Assembly (NCBI RefSeq): GCF_046119375.1
Contig: NW_027362773.1
Span: 115,382,001 to 115,446,000, forward strand
Length of the DNA stretch: 64,000 bases
Reading direction: 5' to 3'
Origin: Phyllobates terribilis
Lineage: Eukaryota
In this document: piece after piece, positions 1 through 12,900 of the stretch
How the letters are laid out: each line of letters opens with the position of its first letter
How positions within the stretch are numbered: position 1 is the first letter of the stretch
Made by a program: the position numbers and the translations under genes
The notes under the pieces: generated by a model
What the model was told of the DNA's origin: nothing
The model's database searches: none
The model's input: only the letters and a program-made list of their open reading frames with translations

Positions 1-80
1 CAAACACATGCTCAGTTAGGCCTAATATACAAGCATTTTTCATGGGGGTTAGTGGGAGGACATCTTGGTGTCAGCTTCTT

Positions 81-539
81 AAAGCACCACAACGGTGTTT
101 TTTTTTTTTTTTTATATTAGCACCACTAATACTCGTTCCCTACCTGTAGTAAAATACTTACCGTTACCAGCCACCATCTTCTTCTGTTCTCAGTACCACT
201 CCAGTCACCTTCTGTTATTTGCGACCTGCCGCATCGTTCCAGCGTTGCTGGACAGACCGGAAGTCACTTCTCAATGCAGGCCTATGAGAGCCAGAACGAG
301 GTCCTCAGACTTACGTTGAGAGCTTCTGACCGTTACCTCTGACATTTGGTCAGTCAGGTGCTGCGGTCAAAATATGGCAGAACGGGACTGGAGTGGCACT
401 GGGAAGAGCAGAAGGCTGCGAGACTGGGAAGAGCAGAAGACAGCAGCTGGTAAGTATATTACTAGGGGCAAGGAACAGACATTAGAGATACCACTCTGGC
501 GGTAAAATAATTAAAAAAAAAACGCTGGAGTTCTGCTTT
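81..539. mobile_element. T2/Kolobok-type MITE (TTAA target)
   Basis: TTAA on both sides. Termini aagcaccac... and ...gttctgctt. Degenerate inverted arms (tacttacc...ccagtc vs gactgg...ggtaagta). Confidence 0.6.
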
Positions 540-1961
540 AAAGTGAAGATAAGTTATGATACAATTGACGTTTCATTCATTCTCTAAAGAATGGACAGCT
601 GGAAAAAGCCAAGTAAAGAGCTCGCCAACCTCACAGAACAGTGATCAGGCACGTGCAATGCTGTTCCAATCTAACATAGGTAAAAGTACACTGTTTTGCT
701 GATCGATGCAGGTCTCAGTGGTTGGACAGCAACTGATATATAATTTATATATGGACAACCCCTTAAAATTCTCCTTGGTGCCTCTTTTGGAGGGAGAGTC
801 TAGAGGCCCCTCTTTTTGGAAGAGATCCAACTTTCCAGTAGTGCTAAATCTAATGTAGAAGCCATATGCAAATCAGGTTGGAAGTGCATTAGGGTAGTGT
901 CAATGCACTTGGAAACAGCAGTTTAAATGCACCAACACTCCCCCATTGCACTTCTACATTAAATTTCTCCAGACTAGCACATCTAAGCTCTATCAACACA
1001 GGTATAAATTTTTAATGGGGGCACAAGCACATACACAGTTATACCTCTATTCTAAACATTCAAAAACGTTCCCATACGTTCCTTGTAAAGCTGTCAAGGG
1101 GCATTGGCATTGTAAAAACAAGGAGCTGCAGAATAACTGCAAAAAAAAAAATCACATAGCCAGTGGTCAGATGTCTGGTGAGATAGTGAAAAGAGAATGC
1201 ATAGTTCATCTTTTGGTATTCTCCATATCCAGCGGTCAGCAAGCACTGTGTACACAACGGACGAAGACGTCCAACGAGGCAGCTGTCGTGTCACAAAACT
1301 GTCTGATTGTGACTCCTATTATCTGCTCCATTTCACCCATAATGGCCCCACCGCAAGGTCAGTCACAGAGAGATAAGCAAGGTAAAAAGAATTAACTAAA
1401 GGAACCTTTAAAAATAAGTTTTCAAGTGTTTAAATAGGGAATGATGAATGTGATCGCATCAGATTCAGCAGTGCAATATTATCACTTGTACACCTGCAAC
1501 TATGAGATTAACATTTATTAAAATCACATTAAACATTTCCTCCCTTAAAGGTTTTTTCTCATTTTCTTCAGGACAGTAGTCCTCGCTTGCCTCCTAGCTT
1601 CCCAGAGAGAATTGACAGGGGGACGATGACATGGCCCAACTGTGCGCTCTCCCTTGATGTGAGCAGAGGCAGCTTTGTCTCTGCAGCATTTGAGAAGGGC
1701 AGGGACACTGAATCTAGTCACTTCAGAGCAGACTTGCTGCCTAAGAAACCAACCACCTCTAACAAACACAGACGGTTTCCGGTAACCTAGACAATGAGCA
1801 GTACACTATAAAATTAGAAGCCAAATTACAAATTTGCTTGATTTTACCCAAATTATGAAAAAAAAAAAACATTTAAAAAAAGAGAATGAAAAGGGAGCAA
1901 TCAGCTCACCTGTCCAGGTGCACAGGAAAATACTCCAGTAAGAGCAACAGTCCAAACGATA

Positions 1962-2275
1962 GCACTCACATCTTCTTAAAAGAATTGCTTTATTGATCCA
2001 ATAGTATAAAAAGCACAAAAAAATTGTTGAACACAACAGCACAAAAGTTAAAAAGGCAGAAAAGAAATATTCGCTGCGCTCCCAGCCAACACGTTTCAGA
2101 CCTACAGTACATGTCAAGCCTTGACAAAGGACCATGTAGGTGTGAAACACGTTTCCTGGGAGCGCAGCGGATATTTCTTTTCTGACTTTTTAATTTTTGT
2201 GCTGCTGTGTTCAACCATTTTTTGCACCTTTTATACTACTGGATCAATAAAATTATTATTTTAAGATGTGAGTGC
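1962..2275. repeat. Foldback (long inverted repeat) element, possibly from Penelope-like terminal repeats
   Basis: ~145-bp arms (gcactcacatc...cgctgcgctcccag vs ctgggagcgcagcg...gatgtgagtgc) around a short spacer. The Penelope origin is inference. Confidence 0.7.
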
Positions 2276-2290
2276 CGGACTGTTCCCTTT

Positions 2291-2592
2291 AAAAGGGGTT
2301 CTATATGTCCAAAGGCCGTCAGATTTATAATATACACTGAGCTTTTACTCATCTCCCCTGGGTCCGGTGATGAGCTCTGCCCCTGCTCCCGTCACCAGTG
2401 CTCATAACCACTGCAGCCAATCACTGGGCTCCGAAGAGTATGCAGTCTACATTTGCAGTTAGACAAGGCATCACCGCTACTGCCAATCAATAATGAGGGG
2501 AGCAGCGGTGAAGAAACATCACTGGAGCTGGGTAGGGTTTTATTAACAGCTCTAAATCTGACAGCCTATGTACAAAACAGGAACACCACTTT
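2291..2592. mobile_element. T2/Kolobok-type MITE
   Basis: ttaa-aaggggttct ... gaacaccact-ttaa: TTAA target with short imperfect TIRs. Confidence 0.55.
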
Positions 2593-2658
2593 AAGCTCCT
2601 ATCACCGTGGAGTCTTTACGGGTCACCACAACATAATCGTCCGATACCACATCCAATG

Positions 2659-2925
2659 CCTCAGCCTCTTGGCACCAGGTCCCCCGGTGTCCGGTCCCCC
2701 ATACCTCAGCCTCTTGGCACCAGGTCCCCCATACCTCAGCCTCTTGGCACCAGGTCCCCCATACCTCAGCCTCTTGGCACCAGGTCCCCCATACCTCAGC
2801 CTCTTGGCACCAGGTCCCCCATACCTCAGCCTCTTGGCACCATGTCCCCAGGTGTCCGGTCCCCCATACCTCAGCCTCTTGGCAACAGGTCCCCTGGTGT
2901 CCAGTACCCAATACCTCAGCACCAG
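2659..2925. repeat. Minisatellite, 30-bp core with 45-bp variants, 8 copies
   Basis: cctcagcctcttggcaccaggtccccatac starts at 2659, 2704, 2734, 2764, 2794, 2824, 2869, 2914. Confidence 0.95.
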
Positions 2926-3140
2926 CCCCTGAGATAACACAATTGTGGGCTCCTGAGGGGATTCTTTAACAACGCAAACCACAATCTCAGATTTCGCTTC
3001 TCATCGGCTTCTGATACAAGAGCGGTCGCCCCACACCAGTCACAGGAACAGAAGTGTGACCAGACATCCACTGCCCACTAGGACCACCACTGACGCCATC
3101 ACAGGCACCTTGGTAACTCCGGCCTGACGACCCCTTCTAA

Positions 3141-3430
3141 TGACGTCATCAAAATAAACTACGATAACTGCCGGCGCCTGTGAGCAGAGTGATGGCGCCA
3201 TTCTTACAGCAGAGCTCTGTGTACGGCTCACCCCGCCCGCACCGGCAGCACTTACGTTTCTTTTCTCCGTCTGTTTCACCGGTCACCGCCGCTTACAGGC
3301 TCTGTCTGTGCCGGGGGTTTCGTTGACGTCAGCGCCACGTACTCACACGTCACTGGTTCCTGTGCAACTCACGGCGCAAGCTGATGACGTAGTGGGAAAA
3401 GAGGCGGGGACATGTGTGAACCCGGAAGTG
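3141..3430. promoter_or_regulatory. CpG-rich housekeeping-type promoter region
   Basis: CRE TGACGTCA at 3141 and 3324, YY1-like ATGGCGCCAT at ~3192, ETS CCGGAAGTG at 3422, high CpG density. Confidence 0.7.
3256..3340 (-). other. Putative non-coding first exon of a minus-strand gene continuing left of the window
   Basis: Donor AAC|GTAAGT at 3256/3255 within the promoter region. No matching coding exon was recognised downstream. The 5' boundary is approximate. Confidence 0.4.
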
Positions 3431-3990
3431 GAGGGAGTGAGGCGTCCAAGCGCAGCTGATAGCTGATAGCGGAATGCTGCTCACTGGTGGGTGACCATGG
3501 CGGTCAGGGAGTTCGGAGGCTTCAGGACGGCGCTTATAAACAGCCTGTATAATGGAGGCCCTGCTGCTGGCTTCTCTGACTTCAACTAGGACTATAGTAA
3601 AATGTATCACCAGAGATGTAGGTCGGGCTCACACGTGACCCATGAATAAGGACTAGTGTCAATCCCAAACGCGTCAGCGTCATACACACCTTCAGTTTTT
3701 ATGACTTTTTTTTTATTTAATAAATTTGTTTTTTTGACTTACTGAGGATTTTCTGTTAGGTGCTGGACTTTGGTTTTTCCGGTTTCTCTGTTGCCTCCGT
3801 CGGGGGTCACACATTTCGCGGTCCGTGTACAGATCGCACAGCCTTCTAGACGTATATGAGGCGTTACGTTCGGATCGGGAGACCTGCGCTTAGTATACAG
3901 ACCGGGAAATGCGATCCTGGCCTTAGACTGGTTTCAGATGTCCGTGTTTCATAGCCGAGTACCCAGGCAATGATGCATGGACCGACCGCT

Positions 3991-6900
3991 GGTGTCCTGA
4001 CCCAGGCTCGGCAGTCTCATGGCCTTGGGTCTCCTGACCCAGGCTCTGCAATCTCATGGCCTGGGTCTCCTGACCCAGGATCGGCAGTCTCATGGCCGTG
4101 GGTCTCCTGACCCAGGCTCGGCAGTCTCATGGCCGCGGGTCTCCTGACCCAGGCACAGCAGTCTCATGGCCGTGGGTCTCCTGACCCAGTCTCGGCAGTC
4201 TCATGACCGCGGGTCTCCTGAGCCAGGCTCGGCAGTCTCATGACCGCGGGTCTCCTGAGCCAGGCTCGGCAATCTCATGGCCCTGGGTCTCCTGACCCAG
4301 GCTCTGCAATCTCATGGCCGTGGGTCTCCTGACCCAGGCTCTGCAGTCTCATGACCGCGGGTCTCCTGACCCAGGCTCAGCAGTCCCATCGCCGCGGGTC
4401 TCCTGACCCAGGCTCGGCAGCCCCATGGCCGCGGGTCTCCTGACACAAGCTCTGCATTCCCATGGCCACGGGTCTGCTGACCCAAGCCCTGAAGTCCCAT
4501 GGTCGCGGGTCTCCTGACCCAGGCTTGGCAGTCTCATGGCCGTGGGTCTCCTGACCCAGGCTCGGCAGTCTCATGGCCGTGGGTCTCCTGACCCATGCTC
4601 GGCAGTCTCATGGCCGCGGGTCTCCTGACCCAGGCTCGGCAGTCCCATGGCCGCGGGTCTCCTGACCCAGGCTCGGCAGTTCCATGGCCGCGGGTCTCCT
4701 GACCCAGGCTCGGCAGTCCCATGACCGCGGGTCTCCTGACCCAAACTCGGCAGTCCCATGGCCGCGGGTCTCGTGACCCATGCTCGGCAGTCTCATGGCC
4801 CCGGGTCTCCTGACCCAGGCTCGGCAGTCTCGTGGCCGCGGGTCTCCTGACCCAGGCTCAGCAGTCTCATGGCCGCGGGTCTCCTGACCCAGGCTCAGCA
4901 GTCTCATGGCCGCTGGTCTCCTGACCTAGGCTTGGCAATCCAATTGCCGCAGGTCTCCTGACCCAGGCTCGGCAGTCCCATGGTCGCGGGTCTCCTGACA
5001 CAAGCTCTACATTCCCATGGCCACGGGTCTGCTGACCCAAGCTCTGAAGTCCCATGGTCGCTGGTCTTCTGACCCATGCTCGGCAATCTCATGGTCGCGG
5101 GATTCCTGACCTTTGCTTGGCAATCCCATGGCCACGGGTCTGCTGACCCAAGCTCTGAAGTCCCATGGTCGCGGGTGTTCTGACCCAAGCTTGGCAGTCC
5201 CATGGCCACGGATCTCCTGACCCAGGCTCGGCAATCCCATGGTCGTGGGACTCCTGACCCATGCTCGGCAGGCCCATGGTCGCAGGTCTTCTGACCCAGG
5301 CTTGGCAGTCCTATGGTCGCGGGTCTCCTGACCCAGGCTCGGCAGTCCCATGGTCGCGAGTCTTCTGACCCAGGCTCGGCAGTCTCATGGCCGTGGGTCT
5401 CCTGACCCAGGCTCGGCAGTCTCATGGCCGTGGGTCTCCTGACTCAGGCTCGGCAGTCTCATGGCCGCGGGTCTCCTGACCCAAGCTCGGCAGTCTCATG
5501 GCCCCGGGTCTCCTGACCCAGGCTCGGCAGTCTCATGGCCGCGGGTCTCCTGACCCAGGCTCAGCAGTCTCATGGCTGCTGGTCTCCTGACCCAGGCTCG
5601 GCAATCCAATTGCCGCAGGTCTCCTGACCCAGGCTCGGCAGTCCCATGGTCGTGGGTCTCCTGACACAAGCTCTGCATTCCCATGGCCACGGGTCTGCTG
5701 ACCCAAGCTCTGAAGTCCCATGGTCGCGGGTCTCCTGACCCAGGCTCAGCAGTCTCATGGCCGCGGGTCTCCTGACCCAAGCTCGGCAGTCTCATGGCCC
5801 CGGGTCTCCTGACCCAGGCTCGGCAGTCTCATGGCCGCGGGTCTCCTGACCCAGGCTCAGCAGTCTCATGGCCGCTGGTCTCCTGACCTAGGCTTGGCAA
5901 TCCAATTGCCGCAGGTCTCCTGACCCAGGCTCGGCAGTCCCATGGTCGCGGGTCTCCTGACACAAGCTCTACATTCCCATGGCCACGGGTCTGCTGACCC
6001 AAGCTCTGAAGTCCCATGGTCGCTGGTCTTCTGACCCATGCTCGGCAATCTCATGGTCGCGGGATTCCTGACCTTTGCTTGGCAGTCCCATGGCCACGGG
6101 TCTGCTGACCCAAGCTCTGAAGTCCCATGGTCGCGGGTGTTCTGACCCAAGCTTGGCAGTCCCATGGCCACGGATCTCCTGACCCAGGCTCGGCAATCCC
6201 ATGGTCGTGGGACTCCTGACCCATGCTCGGCAGGCCCATGGTCGCAGGTCTTCTGACCCAGGCTTGGCAGTCCTATGGTCGCGGGTCTCCTGACCCAGGC
6301 TCGGCAGTCCCATGGTCGCGAGTCTTCTGACCCAGGCTCGGCAGTCTCATGGCCGTGGGTCTCCTGACCCAGGCTCGGCAGTCTCATGGCCCCGGGTCTC
6401 CTGACCCAGGCTCGGCAGTCTCATGGCCGCGGGTCTCCTGACCCAAGCTCGGCAGTCTCATGGCCGCGGGTCTCCTGACCCAGGCTCAGCAGTCTCATGG
6501 CCGCTGGTCTCCTGACCCAGGCTCGGCAATCCAATTGCCGCAGGTCTCCTGACCCAGGCTCGGCAATCCAATTGCCGCAGGTCTCCTGACCCAGGCTCGG
6601 CAGTCCCATGGTCGTGGGTCTCCTGACACAAGCTCTGCATTCCCATGGCCACGGGTCTGCTGACCCAAGCTCTGAAGTCCCATGGTCGCGGGTCTCCTGA
6701 CCCAGGCTTGGCAGTCTCATGGCCCCGGGTCTCCTGACCCAGGCTCGGCAGTCTCATGGCCGCGAGTCTCCTGACCCAGGCTCAGCAGTCTCATGGCCGC
6801 GGGTCTCCTGACCCAAGCTCGGCAGTCTCATGGCCCTGGGTCTCCTGACCCAGGCTCGGCAGTCTCTTGGCCGCGGGTCTCCTGACCCAGGCTCAGCAGT

Positions 6901-9900
6901 CTCATGGCCGCTGGTCTCCTGAGCCAGGCTCGGCAATCCAATTGCCGCAGGTCTCCTGACCCAGGCTCGGCAGTCCCATGGTCGTGGGTCTCCTGACACA
7001 AGCTCTGCATTCCCATGGCCACGGGTCTGCTGACCCAAGCTCTGAAGTCCCATGGTCGCAGGTCTCCTGACCCAGGCTTGGCAGTCTCATGGCCATGGGT
7101 CTCCTGACCCAGGCTCGGCAGTCTCATGGCCGTGGGTCTCCTGACCCAGGCTCGGCAGTCTCATGGCCGCGGGTCTCCTGACCCAGGCTCAGCAGTCTCA
7201 TGGCCGCAGGTCTCCTGACCCAGGCTCAGCAGTCTCATGGCCGCTGGTCTCCTGACCCAGGCTTGGCAATCCAATTGCCGCAGGTCTCCTGACCCAGGCT
7301 CGGCAGTCCCATGGTCGCGGGTCTCCTGACACAAGCTCTGCATTCCCATGGCCACGTGTCTGCTGACCCAAGCTCTGAAGTCCCATGGTCGCGGGTCTTC
7401 TGACCCAGGCTCGGCAATCTCATGGTCGCTGGATTCCTGACCTATGCTTGGCAGTCCCATGGCCACGGGTCTGCTGATCCAAGCTCTGAAGTCCCATGGT
7501 CGCGGGTGTTCTGACCCAAGCTTGGCAGTCCCATGGCCACGGATCTCCTGACCCAGGCTCGGCAATCCCATGGTCGTGGGACTCCTGACCCATGCTCGGC
7601 AGGCCCATGGTTGCAGGTCTTCTGACCCAGGCTTGGCAGTCCTATGGTCACGGGTCTCCTGACCCAGGCTCGGCAGTCCCATGGTCGCGGGTCTTCTGAC
7701 CCAGGCTCGGCAGTCTCATGGCCGTGGGTCTCCTGACCCAGGCTCGGCAGTCTCATGGCCCCGGGTCTCCTGACCCAGGCTCGGCAGTCTCATGGCCGCG
7801 GGTCTCCTGACCCAGGCTCAGCAGTCTCATGGCCGCGGGTCTCCTGACCCAGGCTCAGCAGTCTCATGGCCGCTGGTCTCCTGACCCAGGCTCGGCAATC
7901 CAATTGCCGCAGGTCTCCTGACCCAGGCTCGGCAATCCAATTGCCGCAGGTCTCCTGACCCAGGCTCGGCAGTCCCATGGTCGTGGGTCTCCTGACACAA
8001 GCTCTGCATTCCCATGGCCACGGGTCTGCTGACCCAAGCTCTGAAGTCCCATGGTCGCGGGTCTCCTGACCCAGGCTCTGCAGTCTCATGGCCGCTGGTC
8101 TCCTGACCCAGGCTCGGCAATCCAATTGCCGCAGGTCTCCTGACCCAGGCTCGGCAGTCCCATGGTCGTGGGTCTCCTGACACAAGCTCTGCATTCCCAT
8201 GGCCACGGGTCTGCTGACCCAAGCTCTGAAGTCCCATGGTCGCAGGTCTCCTGACCCAGGCTTGGCAGTCTCATGGCCATGGGTCTCCTGACCCAGGCTC
8301 GGCAGTCTCATGGCCGTGGGTCTCCTGACCCAGGCTCGGCAGTCTCATGGCCGCGGGTCTCCTGACCCAGGCTCAGCAGTCTCATGGCCGCGGGTCTCCT
8401 GACCCAGGCTCAGCAGTCTCATGGCCGCTGGTCTCCTGACCCAGGCTTGGCAATCCAATTGCCGCAGGTCTCCTGACCCAGGCTCGGCAGTCCCATGGTC
8501 GCGGGTCTCCTGACACAAGCTCTGCATTCCCATGGCCACGTGTCTGCTGACCCAAGCTCTGAAGTCCCATGGTCGCGGGTCTTCTGACCCAGGCTCGGCA
8601 ATCTCATGGTCGCGGGATTCCTGACCTATGCTTGGCAGTCCCATGGCCACGGGTCTGCTGACCCAAGCTCTGAAGTCCCATGGTCGCGGGTGTTCTGACC
8701 CAAGCTTGGCAGTCCCATGGCCACGGATCTCCTGACCCAGGCTCGGCAATCCCATGGTCGTGGGACTCCTGACCCATGCTCGGCAGGCCCATGGTTGCAG
8801 GTCTTCTGACCCAGGCTTGGCAGTCCTATGGTCACGGGTCTTCTGACCCAGGCTCGGCAGTCCCATGGCCGTGGGTCTCCTGACCCAGGCTCGGCAGTCT
8901 CATGGCCCCGGGTCTCCTGACCCAGGCTCGGCAGTCTCATGGCCGCGGGTCTCCTGACCCAGGCTCAGCAGTCTCATGGCCGCGGGTCTCCTGACCCAGG
9001 CTCAGCAGTCTCATGGCCGCTGGTCTCCTGACCCAGGCTCGGCAATCCAATTGCCGCAGGTCTCCTGACCCAGGCTCGGCAATCCAATTGCCGCAGGTCT
9101 CCTGACCCAGGCTCGGCAGTCCCATGGTCGTGGGTCTCCTGACACAAGCTCTGCATTCCCATGGCCACGGGTCTGCTGACCCAAGCTCTGAAGTCCCATG
9201 GTCGCGGGTCTCCTGACCCAGGCTCTGCAGTCTCATGGCCGCTGGTCTCCTGACCCAGGCTCGGCAATCCAATTGCCGCAGGTCTCCTGACCCAGGCTCG
9301 GCAGTCCCATGGTCGTGGGTCTCCTGACACAAGCTCTGCATTCCCATGGCCACGGGTCTGCTGACCCAAGCTCTGAAGTCCCATGGTCGCAGGTCTCCTG
9401 ACCCAGGCTTGGCAGTCTCATGGCCATGGGTCTCCTGACCCAGGCTCGGCAGTCTCATGGCCGTGGGTCTCCTGACCCAGGCTCGGCAGTCTCATGGCCG
9501 CGGGTCTCCTGACCCAGGCTCAGCAGTCTCATGGCCGCGGGTCTCCTGACCCAGGCTCAGCAGTCTCATGGCCGCTGGTCTCCTGACCCAGGCTTGGCAA
9601 TCCAATTGCCGCAGGTCTCCTGACCCAGGCTCGGCAGTCCCATGGTCGCGGGTCTCCTGACACAAGCTCTGCATTCCCATGGCCACGTGTCTGCTGACCC
9701 AAGCTCTGAAGTCCCATGGTCGCGGGTCTTCTGACCCAGGCTCGGCAATCTCATGGTCGCGGGATTCCTGACCTATGCTTGGCAGTCCCATGGCCACGGG
9801 TCTGCTGACCCAAGCTCTGAAGTCCCATGGTCGTGGGTGTTCTGACCCAAGCTTGGCAGTCCCATGGCCACGGATCTCCTGACCCAGGCTCGGCAATCCC

Positions 9901-12900
9901 ATGGTCGTGGGACTCCTGACCCATGCTCGGCAGGCCCATGGTTGCAGGTCTTCTGACCCAGGCTTGGCAGTCCTATGGTCACGGGTCTCCTGACCCAGGC
10001 TCGGCAGTCCCATGGTCGCGGGTCTTCTGACCCAGGCTCGGCAGTCTCATGGCCGTGGGTCTCCTGACCCAGGCTCGGCAGTCTCATGGCCCCGGGTCTC
10101 CTGACCCAGGCTCGGCAGTCTCATGGCCGCGGGTCTCCTGACCCAGGCTCAGCAGTCTCATGGCCGCGGGTCTCCTGACCCAGGCTCAGCAGTCTCATGG
10201 CCGCTGGTCTCCTGACCCAGGCTCGGCAATCCAATTGCCGCAGGTCTCCTGACCCAGGCTCGGCAATCCAATTGCCGCAGGTCTCCTGACCCAGGCTCGG
10301 CAGTCCCATGGTCGTGGGTCTCCTGACACAAGCTCTGCATTCCCATGGCCACGGGTCTGCTGACCCAAGCTCTGAAGTCCCATGGTCGCGGGTCTCCTGA
10401 CCCAGGCTCTGCAGTCTCATGGCCGCTGGTCTCCTGACCCAGGCTCGGCAATCCAATTGCCGCAGGTCTCCTGACCCAGGCTCGGCAGTCCCATGGTCGT
10501 GGGTCTCCTGACACAAGCTCTGCATTCCCATGGCCACGGGTCTGCTGACCCAAGCTCTGAAGTCCCATGGTCGCAGGTCTCCTGACCCAGGCTTGGCAGT
10601 CTCATGGCCATGGGTCTCCTGACCCAGGCTCGGCAGTCTCATGGCCGTGGGTCTCCTGACCCAGGCTCGGCAGTCTCATGGCCGCGGGTCTCCTGACCCA
10701 GGCTCAGCAGTCTCATGGCCGCGGGTCTCCTGACCCAGGCTCAGCAGTCTCATGGCCGCTGGTCTCCTGACCCAGGCTTGGCAATCCAATTGCCGCAGGT
10801 CTCCTGACCCAGGCTCGGCAGTCCCATGGTCGCGGGTCTCCTGACACAAGCTCTGCATTCCCATGGCCACTTGTCTGCTGACCCAAGCTCTGAAGTCCCA
10901 TGGTCGCGGGTCTTCTGACCCAGGCTCGGCAATCTCATGGTCGCGGGATTCCTGACCTATGCTTGGCAGTCCCATGGCCACGGGTCTGCTGACCCAAGCT
11001 CTGAAGTCCCATGGTCGTGGGTGTTCTGACCCAAGCTTGGCAGTCCCATGGCCACGGATCTCCTGACCCAGGCTCGGCAATCCCATGGTCGTGGGACTCC
11101 TGACCCATGCTCGGCAGGCCCATGGTTGCAGGTCTTCTGACCCAGGCTTGGCAGTCCTATGGTCACGGGTCTCCTGACCCAGGCTCGGCAGTCCCATGGT
11201 CGCGGGTCTTCTGACCCAGGCTCGGCAGTCTCATGGCCGTGGGTCTCCTGACCCAGGCTCGGCAGTCTCATGGCCCCGGGTCTCCTGACCCAGGCTCGGC
11301 AGTCTCATGGCCGCGGGTCTCCTGACCCAGGCTCAGCAGTCTCATGGCCGCGGGTCTCCTGACCCAGGCTCAGCAGTCTCATGGCCGCTGGTCTCCTGAC
11401 CCAGGCTCGGCAATCCAATTGCCGCAGGTCTCCTGACCCAGGCTCGGCAGTCCCATGGTCGTGGGTCTCCTGACACAAGCTCTGCATTCCCATGGCCACG
11501 GGTCTGCTGACCCAAGCTCTGAAGTCCCATGGTCGCGGGTCTCCTGACCCAGGCTTGGCAGTCTCATGGCCATGGGTCTCCTGACCCAGGCTCGACAGTC
11601 TCATGGCCGTGGGTCTCCTGACCCAGGCTCGGCAGTCTCATGGCCGTTGGTCTCCTGACCCAGGCTCGGCAGTCTCATTGCCGCGGGTCTCCTGACCCAG
11701 GCTCGGCAGTCCCATGGCCGCGGGTCTCCTGACCCAGGCTCGGCAGTCCCATGGCCGCGGGTCTCCTGACTCAAGCTCGGCAGTCCCATGGCCGCGGGTC
11801 TCCTGACCCAAGCTCGGCAGTCTCATGGCCCCGGGTCTCCTGACCCAGGCTCGGCAGTCTCATGGCCGCGGGTCTCCTGACCCAGGCTCGGCAGTCTCAT
11901 GGCCGCGGGTCTCCTGACCCAGGCTCAGCAGTCACATGGCCGCTGGTCTCCTGACCCAGGCTCGGCAATCCAATTGCCGCAGGTCTCCTGACCCAGGCTC
12001 GGCAGTCCCATGGTCGCGGGTCTCCTGACACAAGCTCTGCATTCCCATGGCCACGGGTCTGCTGACCCAAGCTCTGAAGTCCCATGGTCGCGGGTCTTCT
12101 GACCCAGGCTCGGCAATCTCATGGTCGCAGGATTCCTGACCAATGCTTGGCAGTCCAATGGCCACGGGTCTGCTGACCCAAGCTCTGAAGTCCCATGGTC
12201 GCGGGTGTTCTGACCCAAGCTTGGCAGTCCCATGGCCACGGATCTCCTGACCCAGGCTCGGCAATCCCATGGTCGTGGGACTCCTGACCCATGCTCGGCA
12301 GGCCCATGGTCGCAGGTCTTCTGACCCAGGCTTGGCAGTCCTATGGTCACGGGTCTCCTGACCCAGGCTTGGCAGTCCCATGGTCACGGGTCTTCTGACC
12401 CAGGCTCGGCAGTCTCATGACCGTGGGTCTCCTGACCCAGGCTCGGCAGTCCCATGGCCGCGGGTCTCCTGACCCAAGCTCGGCAGTCCCATGGCCGCGG
12501 GTCTCGTGACCCATGCTCGGCAGTCTCATGGCCCCGGGTCTCCTGACCCAGGCTCGGCAGTCTCATGGCCGCGGGTCTCCTGACCCAGGCTCAGCAGTCT
12601 CATGGCCGCGGGTCTCCTGACCCAGGCTCAGCAGTCTCATGGCCGCTGGTCTCCTGACCCAGGCTTGGCAATCCAATTGCCGCAGGTCTCCTGACCCAGG
12701 CTCGGCAGTCCCATGGTCGCGGGTCTCCTGACACAAGCTCTGCATTCCCATGGCCACGGGTCTGCTGACCCAAGCTCTGAAGTCCCATGGTCGCGGGTCT
12801 TCTGACCCATGCTCGGCAATCTCATGGTCGCGGGATTCCTGACCTTTGCTTGGCAGTCCCATGGCCACGGGTCTGCTGACCCAAGCTCTGAAGTCCCATG

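Noticed and set aside
1441-1510. C/D snoRNA candidate (ATGATGA)
   Set aside because: No D box or terminal stem.
1232-1790. Possible plus-strand exons (1232-1357 and from 1572) with good splice signals
   Set aside because: The joined translation stops early and matches no protein I recognise. The ggtaacctag-caa-gagc motif recurs at ~58975, suggesting repeat origin.
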